DNA of 63,320 nt, the filler included, from Hyphochytrium catenoides (Eukaryota > Protista > Hyphochytriomycota): assembly GCA_900088475.1 (NCBI GenBank). It is 4 parts of 4 records of this genome, joined end to end, with 100 filler letters (N's around TTAATTAATTAA, not from the genome) between each part and the next. Parts side by side here need not be neighbours in the genome. Positions count along the whole stretch, not along the records: positions 1 to 18,375 come from FLMG01002868.1; positions 18,476 to 44,438 come from FLMG01004241.1; 2 more parts are not named here. One strand, given 5' to 3'. A program made the translations under genes and the position numbers. Below the pieces are notes generated by a model that did no database searches, was not told the origin of the DNA, and saw only the letters and a program-made list of their open reading frames with translations. This document shows, in pieces, positions 13,901 through 36,648 of this stretch; the stretch's first letter is position 1, and each line of letters starts with the position of its first letter.

Positions 13901-14711
13901 GGCACCATAGAAGGTGTAGATAGCAGAGGGACATGGAGGATGAGAAGACTTGGGAATTTATCGATGTCATTTCCCTGCATCTGAGGGAGACGAAGCCTGC
14001 CATGCTCACGTAACTCAGATCTGGTGGTCCTCTTATCTTGAACTTACGCCTCGTATTTCCCTTGCGTCTGCCTTCCGTCCAGGACATTCAAGTCGGCCGC
14101 ACAGAATCTATGGATGCGAAATGTTCAATGGCTCTCACAGCAACCAGCGTCACGGTCTCCCTATCTCTTTGCTTATTGCTACTACCTTCCTCTGGACTTC
14201 TCCCTCTCCTTGCAAGAGGTAGCCTTCTGAACTTCTTCCTATGCATTCTCTCGGTCTTCACGGTGGTCCTCCTGCCCACTGCCACGTGGGATCTGCTGGA
14301 CGTTGAAGAAGGTCACGAGGACTTGCTAGGTAACTATCAAGAGAAGTCGCATTCGGCTCTCAGCGACCATCTTCAGAAACCACCTACTATGCTTTTTTGC
14401 CTTAAACGCCTCATTACCTCTCCCTTTCACCTCCTAATGCGAGATTGGTCATGTGAGCCACATTGCCTGTTCTTGTCATCTGTAGATTACTCATTCTCTC
14501 TTCTACGTTATTTCTTGTCCTTGTTCTGCTAAAGACCTCAGAATTACTCGTCTGTACGCCAAGCTCGTCCCTAATCTGCAGGCAGGCTGCTCTCGGCTTA
14601 CTTTTTCCCTTTCGCTCAGATTACGTTCTAGCAGTGGTGGCTCTGGGTCTGGGTATGCTCTGGCTTCTTATCTTCAGTTTGGCCAAGAGCCTACAAGGAT
14701 GGAGAGGTTAG
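10965..14711 (+). CDS. Sec12/PREB-like WD40 beta-propeller protein (Sar1 GEF family) with hydrophobic C-terminal region
   Basis: Sec12-type N-terminal signature CGGGGSAKTGVTNNL; WD blades FLTGGEDGVVRVW, FSADGKRLYT, VGVGSAEGGVRIFD, HDFAVTGLSF, VSAGSADCTVVV; several hydrophobic exons at 13730-14711. Confidence 0.72.
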
Positions 14712-15476
14712 GCGACCAAAAGCACTTCAGACTTTGTTCGCTTGGGATCCTCTTCTCCTGTGTCGTTGGAATCATTGCCCGGTGGCGATCGGTGACAGGC
14801 CAGACCCACTGGCTATTTATTACTAGGGTGAGCCCTGGCGAAGCTCTGATTAATTGCCTTTGCAGCTTCTTCTTTCATCTCTCAGTACATACGTCATCAT
14901 CCACTACTTGCCTCATCTATGTCAAGGGAACCGAAGACAATGCTGGAAGAGCAGTTTACCTCTTACCCACAGAACAAGAAATCTCCCCTTCAATGTAGGG
15001 TAAGGCCCGCTTGCAATGAAAGCTCGCATTGCGGGCCCCCCCGGGGTCCAACCGAGAAATAAATACTATATTTGATACTCATTACAGAATGACTGATGGC
15101 TTGACTCTTTCTTTCTCTGTCTCTCTCTCCCTCTCTCTTTCTTTCTGTCTCTGCTTCTCCCTCTTTTTATCTCGCTACTCCCGGTGCTCTGTCCCCTTTT
15201 CGAGTTCTTACTAGTAGCCTACTGTGCTGTGCCCTCTACTCCAACAAGCTGACCCCCTTCTCCACTGAAGCGGGTCTTCACAGGCTTGGTGTCACTAACT
15301 TAGTTTCCGATATAGAAGCGGGCCAACTGGACGGACCGTGAATCAGCCAGGCAGGACATCCCTCCCTAAGATCAATTGTTGCTGCTTATCCTACCTACTT
15401 CTTTGGCAGTTTTCTTGGTTTCTCTCTCCGCCTATCATGCACTAAATTTGTCCTTAAGAGTGAAGGACTTTCCACT

Positions 15477-17354
15477 TCAGTTCTTGTTTGATTTGAAGAA
15501 AAGCATGGCCCCGACTGCCACAGCCCCAATGGCAGAGGCCACAATGCCCCCAAGTGCAGCTGAAGAGGGGTTGCTTCTTCGCCTTTTCTCTTTGGGTTTA
15601 GGCGTGGCAGGGAGACTTACCCTATCCACCATCATCACAGGAGGAGGCGGGCTTTCTTTCTCCGTCTTTTGCTCTCTTTTTGTCTCTCGTTGTTCAGTGG
15701 TACTTGGAGGAGTACTGCTTTGCGAAGGAAGCGAGATTTTGTCAGCAGACAGCTTCAGATTGCTCCATCCAGCGGCTCTAGCCATGTCCACTGCTTCTGC
15801 CAGACTCTCGTCAGAGTTGATCAGGACCTTGTCCCCGTCGTCATCAATATACGTCAACTAAGGAAATGAAATGAGACAGCAGGATGATTAGCAGACTAAG
15901 TGGCTCAAGGCAGAACAGGAGGTGAGTAAAAGTACTTCCCGGAGTGATACGAGATAGGAATGTTCAATGGAGGCAAACGTAGAGGTCAGGTACGATAGAC
16001 AGCCAGAGTTCGCTGCCCACGAGACTGAAGGCATCCACAACAAAGGCAGAGAAGATCGACAACGCTCCTTTACCTTGACAGTGGCTCCCTTTGGAAGTGC
16101 CAGCAGCTTGAGTACCTCGTCACGTAGAGGGCCGAAGCGCTCGGCTGAGCTGCGAACACGATGGACATGGCCCTCGACATCCGTAACCTTCGAAGAGGAG
16201 ACAATAACTTAGCTTCAGCTTATGAAGGGATAAGAGAGAAGTGAGCAGAGCGAAGTGACAGCTCGGTAATAGGGAGCACGCAGAAGAGGGACCCGTGGCG
16301 CTGAGGCCTAGGAGAATAGAGAAATCGTTCTCCACTGTCCGTGAAGAACCATGCTAGGAGACGTTTTGCTCTGTAGCAATCTCCATAGATCAAAGAATGA
16401 GCTAGATAGTCGTAAGAAGTCAAAGATAGTCATCGGCAAAGTTAGTAGGTAGGACTATAGCACGATATGCTCATTAGTGCAATGAAGCTTGACATGCAGA
16501 TGCAGACGAGAGGCACTAGCTGTCAGTTGGAGAGAAATGGAGAGAGGGAAAGAGCAAAGTGCACCTTAAAGACAAACATCCCATAGCCAGAAGCAGCTGC
16601 GGAGTATATGCTTCTGGTGTCATCATCTGGGTAACCTGGGCCTAACCGCTTGAAGTACTCGTCCCGCGTGAACTCTTCGATGGTACCAACAGATAACTGC
16701 TCTGAGAAGTCATCCTCTTGCTCGTCTTGACCAGCCTAAGGGTCGAGTTGGATAAGGGACGGGAATAAGACGAAAACGCGAGTAGCAGAGGAATAGTCAG
16801 CCAGGGCACGAATTGGGGAAAAAGCTTATGACCATAGGAATTGTAAGCCACAAAATAAGCAAGAGAGCAATGGAACCAGAACATTCTCAAACGCGAAAGC
16901 TGAAGGAAATGTTACCTAAGCGCGAAAGAAAGGAGAAAGAGTGAGGGACAGATGAGAGGTTCCCTGGAAGGCCAATAGAGCTAATCGGTAAAGATATGCG
17001 CTAGTCACAATGAGCGTTCGAAGCTCATACAAGTATCTCAACGAAGAAATTTTCGCGGGTCGGCGCCAACTAGGAGGGGAGCATCATACCTGCATCTGTA
17101 ATGCCGAGTTCCAAAAGCTTCTCCAGTCACTCTTGCTCCCCGCCGCGCTCTGAGAGAACGCGCCGCAAGCCAGAGAAAAGATATCGGCCAATCCATACAC
17201 TTCTCCGTCCTCCCTTATGACGGGAAGATTGAGATATTTATGGTCGTGCATGAGGTGAAGCGCGTCAAGGACAGTGGTAGAGGGGCTAACTGTATCAGGC
17301 TCGTGAGTCATAACCTGTCAGAGTAAATGGGTGCAAGTAGAGCAAGAGGGAGAC

Positions 17355-17437
<83 letters not shown>

Positions 17438-18375
17438 AAGATGGTGTGTGAAGAGATGGAGGGAGAGACGGAAAAGAGAGAGAATAGGAGAAACAGAGTT
17501 AGGAACAAGGATGAGGGATGCAGAATTCGGACCCAGGGAGAGAGTGAAGGTCAAGAACAGGGAATAGCAAACGGCACCAACAGAGTGTCAATCAAAAAGA
17601 AACGAATCCCTGCGCTTTGATTTGATAAGTTGTCTAGCTGTCGACCAGTCCAGTTTTGGAGTTACTTACGTCATGGACCAAGGTCAGTTCAGGGCTGCGT
17701 CGGGCTGCCACCACCCTGAACAGGAGGTCCTTATGGGTCAAAATACCAACCAAGCGCTTTGAGGGTCCTAGAGCAATAAGAAGTGAGAAACCGAAGAGAA
17801 GGTCGGACCAAGGATGACCCAAGAAGAAGGAGAGAAACAGTACGGCCGACAGTTTGAGACGCAAGGCAAAGGAGAGGGTGAGGGCAACATGGGCACAAGT
17901 GAACGCTCACTTCGTATGGCGAACAGATCTAGATCTCTATAGCCGTTTCGTTACCTTCGTCCTCAACCACTAAGGCTACCTTCCTAAACTCTGCAATCAT
18001 TTTCGCTGCTTCTCTGATGGTTGTAGAAGGGGAGATGATAGGTGGACGCCCCTCGCCCTCTAGAGCCATTTGAAGAGTAGGGGACAACATTTGTTGCACT
18101 ATAGGGCCCAGAATGTTCTGAGGTAAGGCTGCAGCAGAAGAAGACAAGCCGAGTTCTCTGCCTAGGTTATTGGTAACGACATCAGACGAGGATTGCACCT
18201 GCAGAATAGCATCATGAGTTATGACTGCTGGCAGGGAGGGCAAGCGAAGGTAAAGCTGGATAACCAGGGTCCGAACCTTCTCCATCTTCTCTATGGCATC
18301 ATGCAGGCACTTTGTGATATTCAGCATGCCTGAGACCAAGCCGGTCCTGTCCACCACGGGAAGATACCGAAAGCG
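15477..18375 (-). CDS. CBS-pair + PB1 domain protein with C-terminal TM anchor (Mug70/CBSCBSPB family), 5' end lost in assembly gap
   Basis: RFRYLPVVD, ITKCLHDAIEKME, LVGILTHKDLLFRVVA, MTHEPDTV..TVLDALHLMHDHKYLNLPV, FWNSAL. PB1: FKVTDVEGHVHR and LTYIDDDGDKVLINSDESLAEAV. TM: ALGGIVASAIGAVAVGAMLFF. Confidence 0.9.
17351..17432. repeat. (GA)n microsatellite in a CBS-PB1 intron (CT on sense strand, near the acceptor)
   Basis: Directly visible. Confidence 0.95.
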
Positions 18376-18475
18376 NNNNNNNNNNNNNNNNNNNNNNNNN
18401 NNNNNNNNNNNNNNNNNNNTTAATTAATTAANNNNNNNNNNNNNNNNNNNNNNNNNNNNNNNNNNNNNNNNNNNN
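18376..18475. other. Artificial contig-joining spacer (44 N + TTAATTAATTAA + 44 N)
   Basis: An identical 100-bp construct occurs three times. The 12-mer gives stops in all six frames, and genes on both sides are truncated at it. Confidence 0.95.
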
Positions 18476-18688
18476 CTCTCTTATCCCGTATTCCATTTCC
18501 ATATGAAGATACCTATGCGACAGATGTGTGCCGCTTTCCCTCCTCTCCTCCATCTTTAGCAGCTTTAGCCACCTCTTTTCTATTTCCCGGCTGTCAGACG
18601 ATGACCATTCACGCTGCCGCCCGTCTCCTATCATTCCCCTTTTGCAAAAATCCAGGCTCGAGTTTCTCGCGAGCACTTCAGAAGTCTG

Positions 18689-29323
<10,635 letters not shown>

Positions 29324-29379
29324 GACCATCGTTCAAAATCGAGCATTTTGCACGAAATAAAATAATAATGAATAGAAGG

Positions 29380-30775
29380 TTAGGAGGAAAACGTCTGGTC
29401 CTTCAAGCTTCGGTGTTCAGCGAGCCAGCTCAGCAGACGCTTTCGTTGTGGCTCCCTGTCATGCAGGCTCTCTGCCATGCTCTGTAAAGAACACATCCGC
29501 GATTGTCTTATCTCTTGTTTACCGCCTACCTCTTCCCATAGCTTAGCTAGCTCTACAGGGTGAAGAAGAACATCTTTCCCTACAGAAAGTTAGCGAGCGA
29601 ATAGAGAACAAAGGTCAGAGCGTTTAAAAGAGAGCTCTCAGGCTAATACTGCACCGTGCTGTACCTGGGCTAAGTGACGGAAATGACTTCTCCAACGAAA
29701 AAGTACCAATACGGCTGCGATGCAGGTGGTGGACAGGTAGGCCCACCGATGCAAGCAATCTGCGCACTATGCGGTTTCTGCCTATGCTTATTTTTACTCG
29801 GATTTTGACTGAGAGTTTTGGTGGACGACAGCCTGGCGGTAAGTTGATGCGCTTGGTGCTTCCTTTTTTCTGCTTCTTAGTCGGCCTCGACCCTGTGACG
29901 TCCTGATCAGGTGCATTCCCTTGGTCCGCCGCCTGGGCTTCTTCTGCATCTCTAGGCAATACCTCTAAAGTAGCAAATTTTGAGTTTTACATTACACTGC
30001 CCGTGCCGGCAGCTAACACCTACCAATGACCTCAACGACCTCTACATCGTCCAGTTTAGCGGGTCCGTCTTCCAGATTCACTCCTGCCAAGAGCTTGGCC
30101 ATCTGGTCTTCGGAAGGCTTTGAACTAGTCGTTACTATATACTCCTTTTGAATAGCCCCAGGCTGACACAGTAGGGTGCTCAGATCACCATCATTTGTGA
30201 CAAACATGAGCCCGGTCGTCTTTTTATCTAGTCGCCCCACAGGGTACAATCTGAGTCATAAGAACGCCGCAGTCCGAAGTCAGTTTCATCAAGTTCGGAA
30301 GCTCCTACGATGGGCAGCACGGCCATCCAGACCTCGGTACTTGGTACTTAGCTGACAGGCGCTCAATCCAGGCATGCATGCTCTCAGGTCTAGAGAGCTG
30401 TGAAATGTTGCTTGGTGGGACTTTGAGTTCAACCATTTGACAATCCAGGTTTTTAGGCTTGTATATAGCTAAGCATACTCTCTGCTGCTCGGATAGGGGA
30501 AGTACCTCGATATTATCAACAATAACTTTATCACCTATGAAGCTAGCTTAAGCTCATTCATGACATACACAGAGATCGGACAAGAACGGTGAAAACGCAC
30601 CCGGAAACACAATGACAAGATCTGCCTCTGCTGCCTTGAGCTTAGCCTCTTCACCTGTCTCGCCACTGAGGTAAGTTACCACACGTGCCTCAAGTTTCTG
30701 ACATATCTCCTTCTTCGAAAGCCCGCAGTCAGTGAGAAACTTCTGAAGTCTGCATGGGACGTCCATCCTCCCCAT
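29380..30775 (-). CDS. RsuA/RluB/E/F-family pseudouridine synthase with S4-like N-terminus
   Basis: RLQKFL, IYKPK, YPVGRLDKKTTGLMFVTNDGDL (catalytic GRLD), KEYIV, GVNLEDG, IGRNRIVRRLLASVGLPV..LHRSRIG, LSPGK..L...EL..LW. Confidence 0.9.
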
Positions 30776-31765
30776 CGGCGATCTGCCTCCAAACTCAGCA
30801 CTTGAGGCTATATGGACTATGGACAAGCTCCCTCAAACAAAGAACCTCCAACTACCGAGCTCCATTTAGCTCTAAAAGCTTTGTCAAGAGCCCTTTGTCA
30901 GGGCAGTTCGTAGCACTCTGTTCACAAGGAGCACGACTTACAAGCTTTCAAAGCTCAAGGTCAGGGCACACAGAAGAGTGATGATGGGCGGACGGCATCA
31001 ACAGCTCCTGCCTCATTTAACCCTTTTTTTTGGTACTCTTCCTTGTCCTAGTTTGGTACAGGACAAAGTAACAGAGAGGAGAAGCTTTCCCCGCCGTCAG
31101 GGGGACGCCCCCATAATCACATGCTAAGTAAAATCAAGGTTGCTTGGAAGGGGCGGCTCTCGCTCCCCTAGGGTATCTGTCTCCCCATGATACCACCTTC
31201 CGCTTAGTGAGCCGCTAACGACTAGAGCCCTCTGGCAGGTTCGCCTGTTTCCACTTTGAAAATTGAGTTTGAGCAAGTTTGTCAGGTTTTTTCTTCAGCG
31301 CTGCTGCTTGGTTGGGCCAACATCTATCACCGCGGCAGCAGGCGCAGTAGCGAAGCAGGACAGCACGGAGGAAAGAGTTCTTATAATACTGGTGGCAGCC
31401 CTCGAGTACAGCTACTTTGTGGAGCTGGCATTCTATGTTTTACTACTCGTAACACCGCTCTGGTGTCGCAGGACAGTCCTGGGATCTGGCCCTTGGTGAC
31501 TGAAGGGTACTCTCCTAACCGTTATCCAGACGAAGTGTCCTGGCTTCAGCATTTAAGAGAACTCCTCCCTAGCAGCTTTTGCTCCACCTTCTCTCCCTAC
31601 CAAGTAGCTGTTCCGGAGTGCCTCTCTAACGTGCTGTCCTGTGGCGGCACAAACGTGCATTTCATCCAGCGCCTATTCAGGGCCTTGGCCGGATCGCCTG
31701 GCATTAGTGGATGGATTTTCCATTAGAGTAATCGTGTAGTAGTAGTCGACTTTGGTACAGCCAAG

Positions 31766-32779
31766 ATGTCAAAAGGAAAAGCCACTCGCGGCGGGACGGA
31801 GCTCCCTCCTCCGATGAAAAAGATGAAAAAGATTCTTGAGGAAATGAAGTCCCGAGCGGACATAGGTAACACAAGAGCTACAATTTCTACTGTTGTTAGC
31901 CCTCCTAAGCTAATGGTTGACTTTCCTGAAAGTTCCCTTTATGGAGCCGGTTGATTGGAAAGGTTATAAACTCCTTGACTACCCTCAAATTATCAAGCAA
32001 CCTATGGATCTAGGCACAGTCACGGTAACACCAGTTTTAATAAGGCTCGCCACCATTGCTGCTAAAGAACTCGTTCACTTTCAGAAACGGCTGCTGGCAG
32101 GGGATTATAAGACGCCCCAGGAGTGTGCGGACGACATCAGACTAGTGTGGACAAACTGTATGACTTATAACCAGGTGTGTCCCTAACCGGTGACTTTGTT
32201 TTGTTAAATGTCATCTGCATGCTGAAAATCTACGCGCAGGACGGGTCAGACTTTCATTCTCTGGCTTCCAAACTTAGTCACGTATTTGAAGAGAAGTACA
32301 GCCGAGCTTTCAAAGATTCGATAACCGGAGAAGATGCTGGCGTTGAGAAGGGGTAAGGGCAAATCCAAAAGGTGCTAAACAGACTTCATATGACTGATAG
32401 AGTTGCCACAGACTCCCGCCAACATTGGCCGAAAAGACGCAGTTTAGCAATAGCGTCTATGAGATTTCAAGTGAAGAGCTTGGAGAGATTGTCCGCATGT
32501 TGCAAGAGAGATGTCCGCAAGCTCTATCCAAGGTGAGAACCGTAGTTAGTCGCTGACATGCCCTTGGAGCCGACGCCTGTGGCCTCAAGCCTGACCTCAA
32601 AACGGTTGCAGACGACCACCCCCGACGGTCTCGAGATAAACATTGACGATATCGATGAGAAGACCTTCCGAGAACTAGAAAAATTCGTTGCCATGTGCCT
32701 TGCAGGTGGCAAGAAATCTAAGAAGAGGTCTGGAGATGATGGCGAGCCATCGTCAAAGAAGAGAAAGCAAAAGAAGTAA
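31766..32779 (+). CDS. Bromodomain + ET domain protein (BET/GTE-like)
   Basis: PFMEPVDW...LLDYPQIIKQPMDLGTV, DDIRLVWTNCMTYN; ET domain TLAEKTQFS...SSEELGEIV...CPQAL...LEINIDDIDEKTFREL; short GT-AG introns. Confidence 0.92.
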
Positions 32780-33329
32780 TAGAGTGACCTTTGGATAGCA
32801 GCAAGGAGGGACCAGCCGTCGCAAGATGACAAGTTGTCTTATGTGCCCCTATATAGTTCTTGCAAGCCGTTTCCCATGGCACAAGCATTGCAGGAGTTTT
32901 TATCAGTTAGGTGGCGGGCCCTTAGGGCCAACGCCCATAGATAGAATGCAGGTGTGGCATCGTAGACGCTATTACTTTTTGTTGGACCTGGAACTTGGCA
33001 CTTTCGTCTCTGTGAATAAAACATGTCTCCTCACGATTGGATCATACTATTAAGGGATGAGAGGCGTCAGCTTCACATCTCTAAACCCACATGCGCACAT
33101 AATCACCTTGCGGAATGCTAGCTTGCGCTGAATGTTTCTTGGATTCTTTTGAGTCATATAGCAGAAGCTGAAGCGGAGCAATAGCATTATTTAAACTGTT
33201 AGTCCTGTGCTAAATATCAGTGTGTTCACTTACCCGGTATTCGCAGTGCTGAGGAGCCTTACGAGGATGGTCTTGGCTTTACCCTGTTAGACAAGACAGC
33301 CTTTCAGTCTCCTTTTTCAGGTGCATCAT

Positions 33330-34108
33330 GCTGCACTCAAGACAACTGACGCGACGGCGATAGTCCCTACCTTTGCCATGGTTACCTAAGTTTACCAGAT
33401 AGTTGTGGTGGCTTCTAACTCATAAGAGATAGTAGGCTGAGTTTAGGTAGTGCCGGAAGCTACTGGCACTGGCATCACCTTGCTGATACGAACTTGACCG
33501 GGCAATTGTGAGGGGTTTGCATCTTCTGAGTGATCTCTGTTACCATAGTCAGCAGGGTTAGATGGTCTTCACTTTCGCTTTTCTCCCCCACCACAAACCA
33601 GTAACCCTCTGCAGAGCTCCCCCTGTAGTAGCAGTCCAGCTATTGTCTCGTTTAATAGAAACCAAGCCTCCAGACTCCAGACCCATTATTACTCCAAGGA
33701 CAACTTGAGTTCACATGGCCGCCGGGCCGAAAATAGACGCTTTTATTGCTCTCTGTTAGAACGCAGATAAGGTTTTGTTGGTACGAACTACTTCTCACAA
33801 AAACTAATTTTGGCACATTTATTATGAGATCAGACATCAAACACTGAGAAGCACCTCCTCTAGATTATCATTAAATAATCTCCTCCAGCGCGAGGTGGTG
33901 GATGATGGACTTCAACATCATGTTGAGCGGCAACCTTCTTGGCCATGGTCCTCATGATCTCTTGATTGACTCTTTGAAAGAAGCTCTCTCCCAAGATATC
34001 GTCGTAGTAGAAGGCGAGAGATGATCCATTGATTGAAGACGAAATCTGAAAGTAGTAGTACAGTAGGCCGCCTGCTGCCACCACCCAGCTGCCATGAGAA
34101 AGCCTCAT
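33330..34108 (-). pseudogene. Decayed paralog of the secreted Cys-rich protein at 36649-37581
   Basis: Starts MRLSH plus a hydrophobic stretch (cf. MRISQ). Fragments GSGVWRL (cf. ASGIWRF), TGGAL (cf. TGHAL) and RRCKPLTIAR (cf. RLCRPSSIAR) are spread over several frames with stops. Confidence 0.45.
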
Positions 34109-34119
34109 CCTTTATTAGG

Positions 34120-34232
34120 TCTTTTTTAGCATGCTGCGGGGGGACACGACAACGAATAACCTTAAGGTAGGCTATCGAGGGCGAAACACCGTGGCTGATC
34201 TACCTTTTCGACGGGCGAGATGCTAAAAAAGA
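34120..34232. repeat. 13-bp perfect inverted repeat TCTTTTTTAGCAT / ATGCTAAAAAAGA between two divergent ATGs
   Basis: Arms at 34120-34132 and 34220-34232; an internal AAGGTAG/CTACCTT pair is also complementary. Confidence 0.85.
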
Positions 34233-34241
34233 AGATTAATA

Positions 34242-35160
34242 ATGCCACCGATTTCTTTCAACGTAGTGTCTGCGGTTATTATTAGTAGGACTATTCTAGG
34301 CTTCCCTCATCAACAACAACAACATCTTCTTCTTCTTCATGTTGGGGAGTAGGAGTAGAAGAAGAAGAGTACCTGGGCTACTGGTGTTCTTCATCAGAAG
34401 AAGATTATTGCTGCGCCCGTCAGCAGCTAGTGGTGAGATTAGTAGTTACTAGGTAACCCAATTCTTTCAGAAGCTTACCACCAGAAGACCTTACCCTTTC
34501 TATCTATCTAACCACCACCAGCTTCACAGAGGATATCATTATTGTAGTACGGAATAATAGACGTCGTTAGTTTGTCTGGCCTGCTGGAGGCAGCAACATC
34601 AGGCAGTAGTAGTTCATGCTGCAACTCATCATCAAGCTCCTCCTATTATTGTCCCTTGTTGTTCGCTGGTGCTTGGGTACCGAGGAGGAAAGGTAATATT
34701 AAAGCATCGATTTTGGGGCCCATCTTGTGACCAACTCTATCAAACAATAATAACAGACCGACTTCTTCTTCGATGGCCGTCTTTGCGGAGTGGTGTAAAA
34801 AAGAAAACATGTTGGTAGCGAGTAGTACCACCGATCCAGGTGATTCACGACGATCAGCGATGGCCATTCATTCTTCGATCCCCTGGTGGGCAGGACTAAA
34901 CGCTGATCGATAGACTGGTGGTGTCGCTGCATCAAGCGGTAGCTCTGACATCAACCATCAATCGGTATGCCTTGCGACACGGCCGACGAGAGCATCTCTC
35001 TCACGGACAACTTTCAAATGCATCTCCTAATCTAAAAAAGAATGGACAACTCATCGTCGTTAGCTTCTGAAGCTGATGAGGTACTAGCCGCGGTTTGGAG
35101 GATACATGTTTGGCTTGTCTTGAGTCAGGCCAATATTAACAGCCGTAACGACGCAATGCA
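34242..35160 (+). pseudogene. Possible decayed secreted-protein gene (same island)
   Basis: The ATG is followed by signal-like MPPISFNVVSAVIISRTILG, then RRRLLLRP in another frame (cf. QRRSLLRQ). Many stops, and similarity further on is weak. Confidence 0.25.
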
Positions 35161-35639
35161 ATAATGCCCACCGCCTGAATCCACGACTAAATATTCATGA
35201 TGCATTCATGCGCATATTACTTTAGTTGTTGGATAAATGAGAGATGTTTGTTGAGGTGGCACGACGCAGTCAAAAAGATATCCTTCAATTGTTTGTATAA
35301 TATAAAAATTAGGAATTGGGGTGACGTTCGACAACAAGACTGCAAAACAACATTGGCTCTTGTAGATCTATCATCTCTTCGGCCGTCCCTGTTCGACCGA
35401 GCACAACCTCCCAGGATCGGGATGGTTTGGATGCGGCGCGGGGCTGATGGCCAAAAAAAACCTACAAATGGTGGGAGCTTTTATGTTGTGGTAAAACTTT
35501 GTAATTGGCTAGAAGGTGGCTGCACTACTGTTTTATCACAAAGAGTGTAAAGGGACCGTAATAATAATACTCTCGATCTGCTGATACCTACTTTTACTAG
35601 TAGTAGTTCTAGTAGAATGGAGTCGAAAAGTACTATGCC

Positions 35640-36250
35640 CGAGGACACAAGCAAGAAGATGAGCCCCGGTCCTGCGACTGCCGCAACTTTCCTATCATTC
35701 CGGATTTATGTCATCCCTCCACGAACGGCCCGCTGTCTGTTGTTGCCCTGGTGAGGGGCTTTGACAACATCAGCCTCTTCTCACGATACAACATCCGTTT
35801 GTATGTTCTTTTAGTTCCATGATAATAGTAGGGTCTAGCTGGTCCAACAAAGAAAATGTCATGTTTCTCTATTTTACGTAGAACAACCCCCAATAACGTC
35901 ACTTCTCGTGTCTTACGACTTGGCCGCATGATGGTGGAGAAGAGCAAATTATTTAGGGGGGCTAGCAACCCCCAAAAGATATCCCAATCTGACACAGTCA
36001 CGCCTTTTCCTCTTTCTGAAGACTGCAACGAAGTTGGTGCATGAGGACACAGATGACAGGAACGGATGGGGTGCAGGGTGCAGGACGGTCTCAATTTCTT
36101 TTCTTGGAAATTTTGTAGGGTTTAGCTCCAGACCACCAGGAAACGGTAGAAGGTTCTGGGCCGGTATCAGAAGCTGCAAAGCAACAAGCAGGATGTGGAA
36201 GATAGACGGGCCTAGAACATTGTCCATTACCGGTCTGACGTGCAGATAGC
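35640..36250 (+). pseudogene. Decayed paralog of the secreted Cys-rich protein at 36649-37581
   Basis: Colinear fragments IIPDLCHPST at 35694-35723 (cf. VLPRLCRPSS), WCMRTQMTG at ~36035-36061 (cf. WIMRNRQTG) and WGAGC at ~36067 (cf. FGKGC), separated by frameshifts and stops. Confidence 0.55.
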
Positions 36251-36648
36251 TGCAACCCTGTCTTTAAGGTTCCTTTTCATCCTTCATCATATCAGCAGTG
36301 CAGATCCCTACTCTTAGTTACCTGAGCCCACCCAGCAACAAACAAACGCCATAATGCTTGATCGGCTGCTGTCTTGATCTCGGTGAAGAGAGAGAAGCGG
36401 AATAGATTCCTCAGGTGGACTCCCATCTCCTTCACCCAGCTTGCCTCCTCCGCGCTAAATAAGCCCCTCCGCATAACCAGCATCGTAGGAAAGGTTTCTT
36501 CTTTCTCTGATACTTCACATATATGTTCGCTCGCCGCTCCCGCTCACTACACAAGTTTCCAGCAGGTCGCAACGACATTCAAGAAGAACATTTCGAGAGC
36601 GTGAAGACGGAAACGGTATCATCACAGCAGACACACCTACTAGCAACC

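Noticed and set aside
18420-18431. TTAATTAATTAA palindrome as a biological motif (piggyBac TTAA target, etc.)
   Set aside because: It is embedded symmetrically in 44-N runs three times, so it is an assembly linker.
31256-31726. 156-aa and 78-aa ORFs upstream of the BET gene
   Set aside because: They have non-ATG starts and no recognisable motifs; probably 5' leader or intergenic sequence.
34160-34210. Hammerhead-like words (CGAAAC, CTGAT) inside the hairpin; also CTGATGAG at ~35074, ~38988, ~48814
   Set aside because: No complete CUGANGA + GAAA core with compatible stems was found.
35711-36483. Minus-strand ORFs as a transposase or viral gene
   Set aside because: No DDE, recombinase or viral motifs were recognised; the plus strand explains the region better as a relic paralog.
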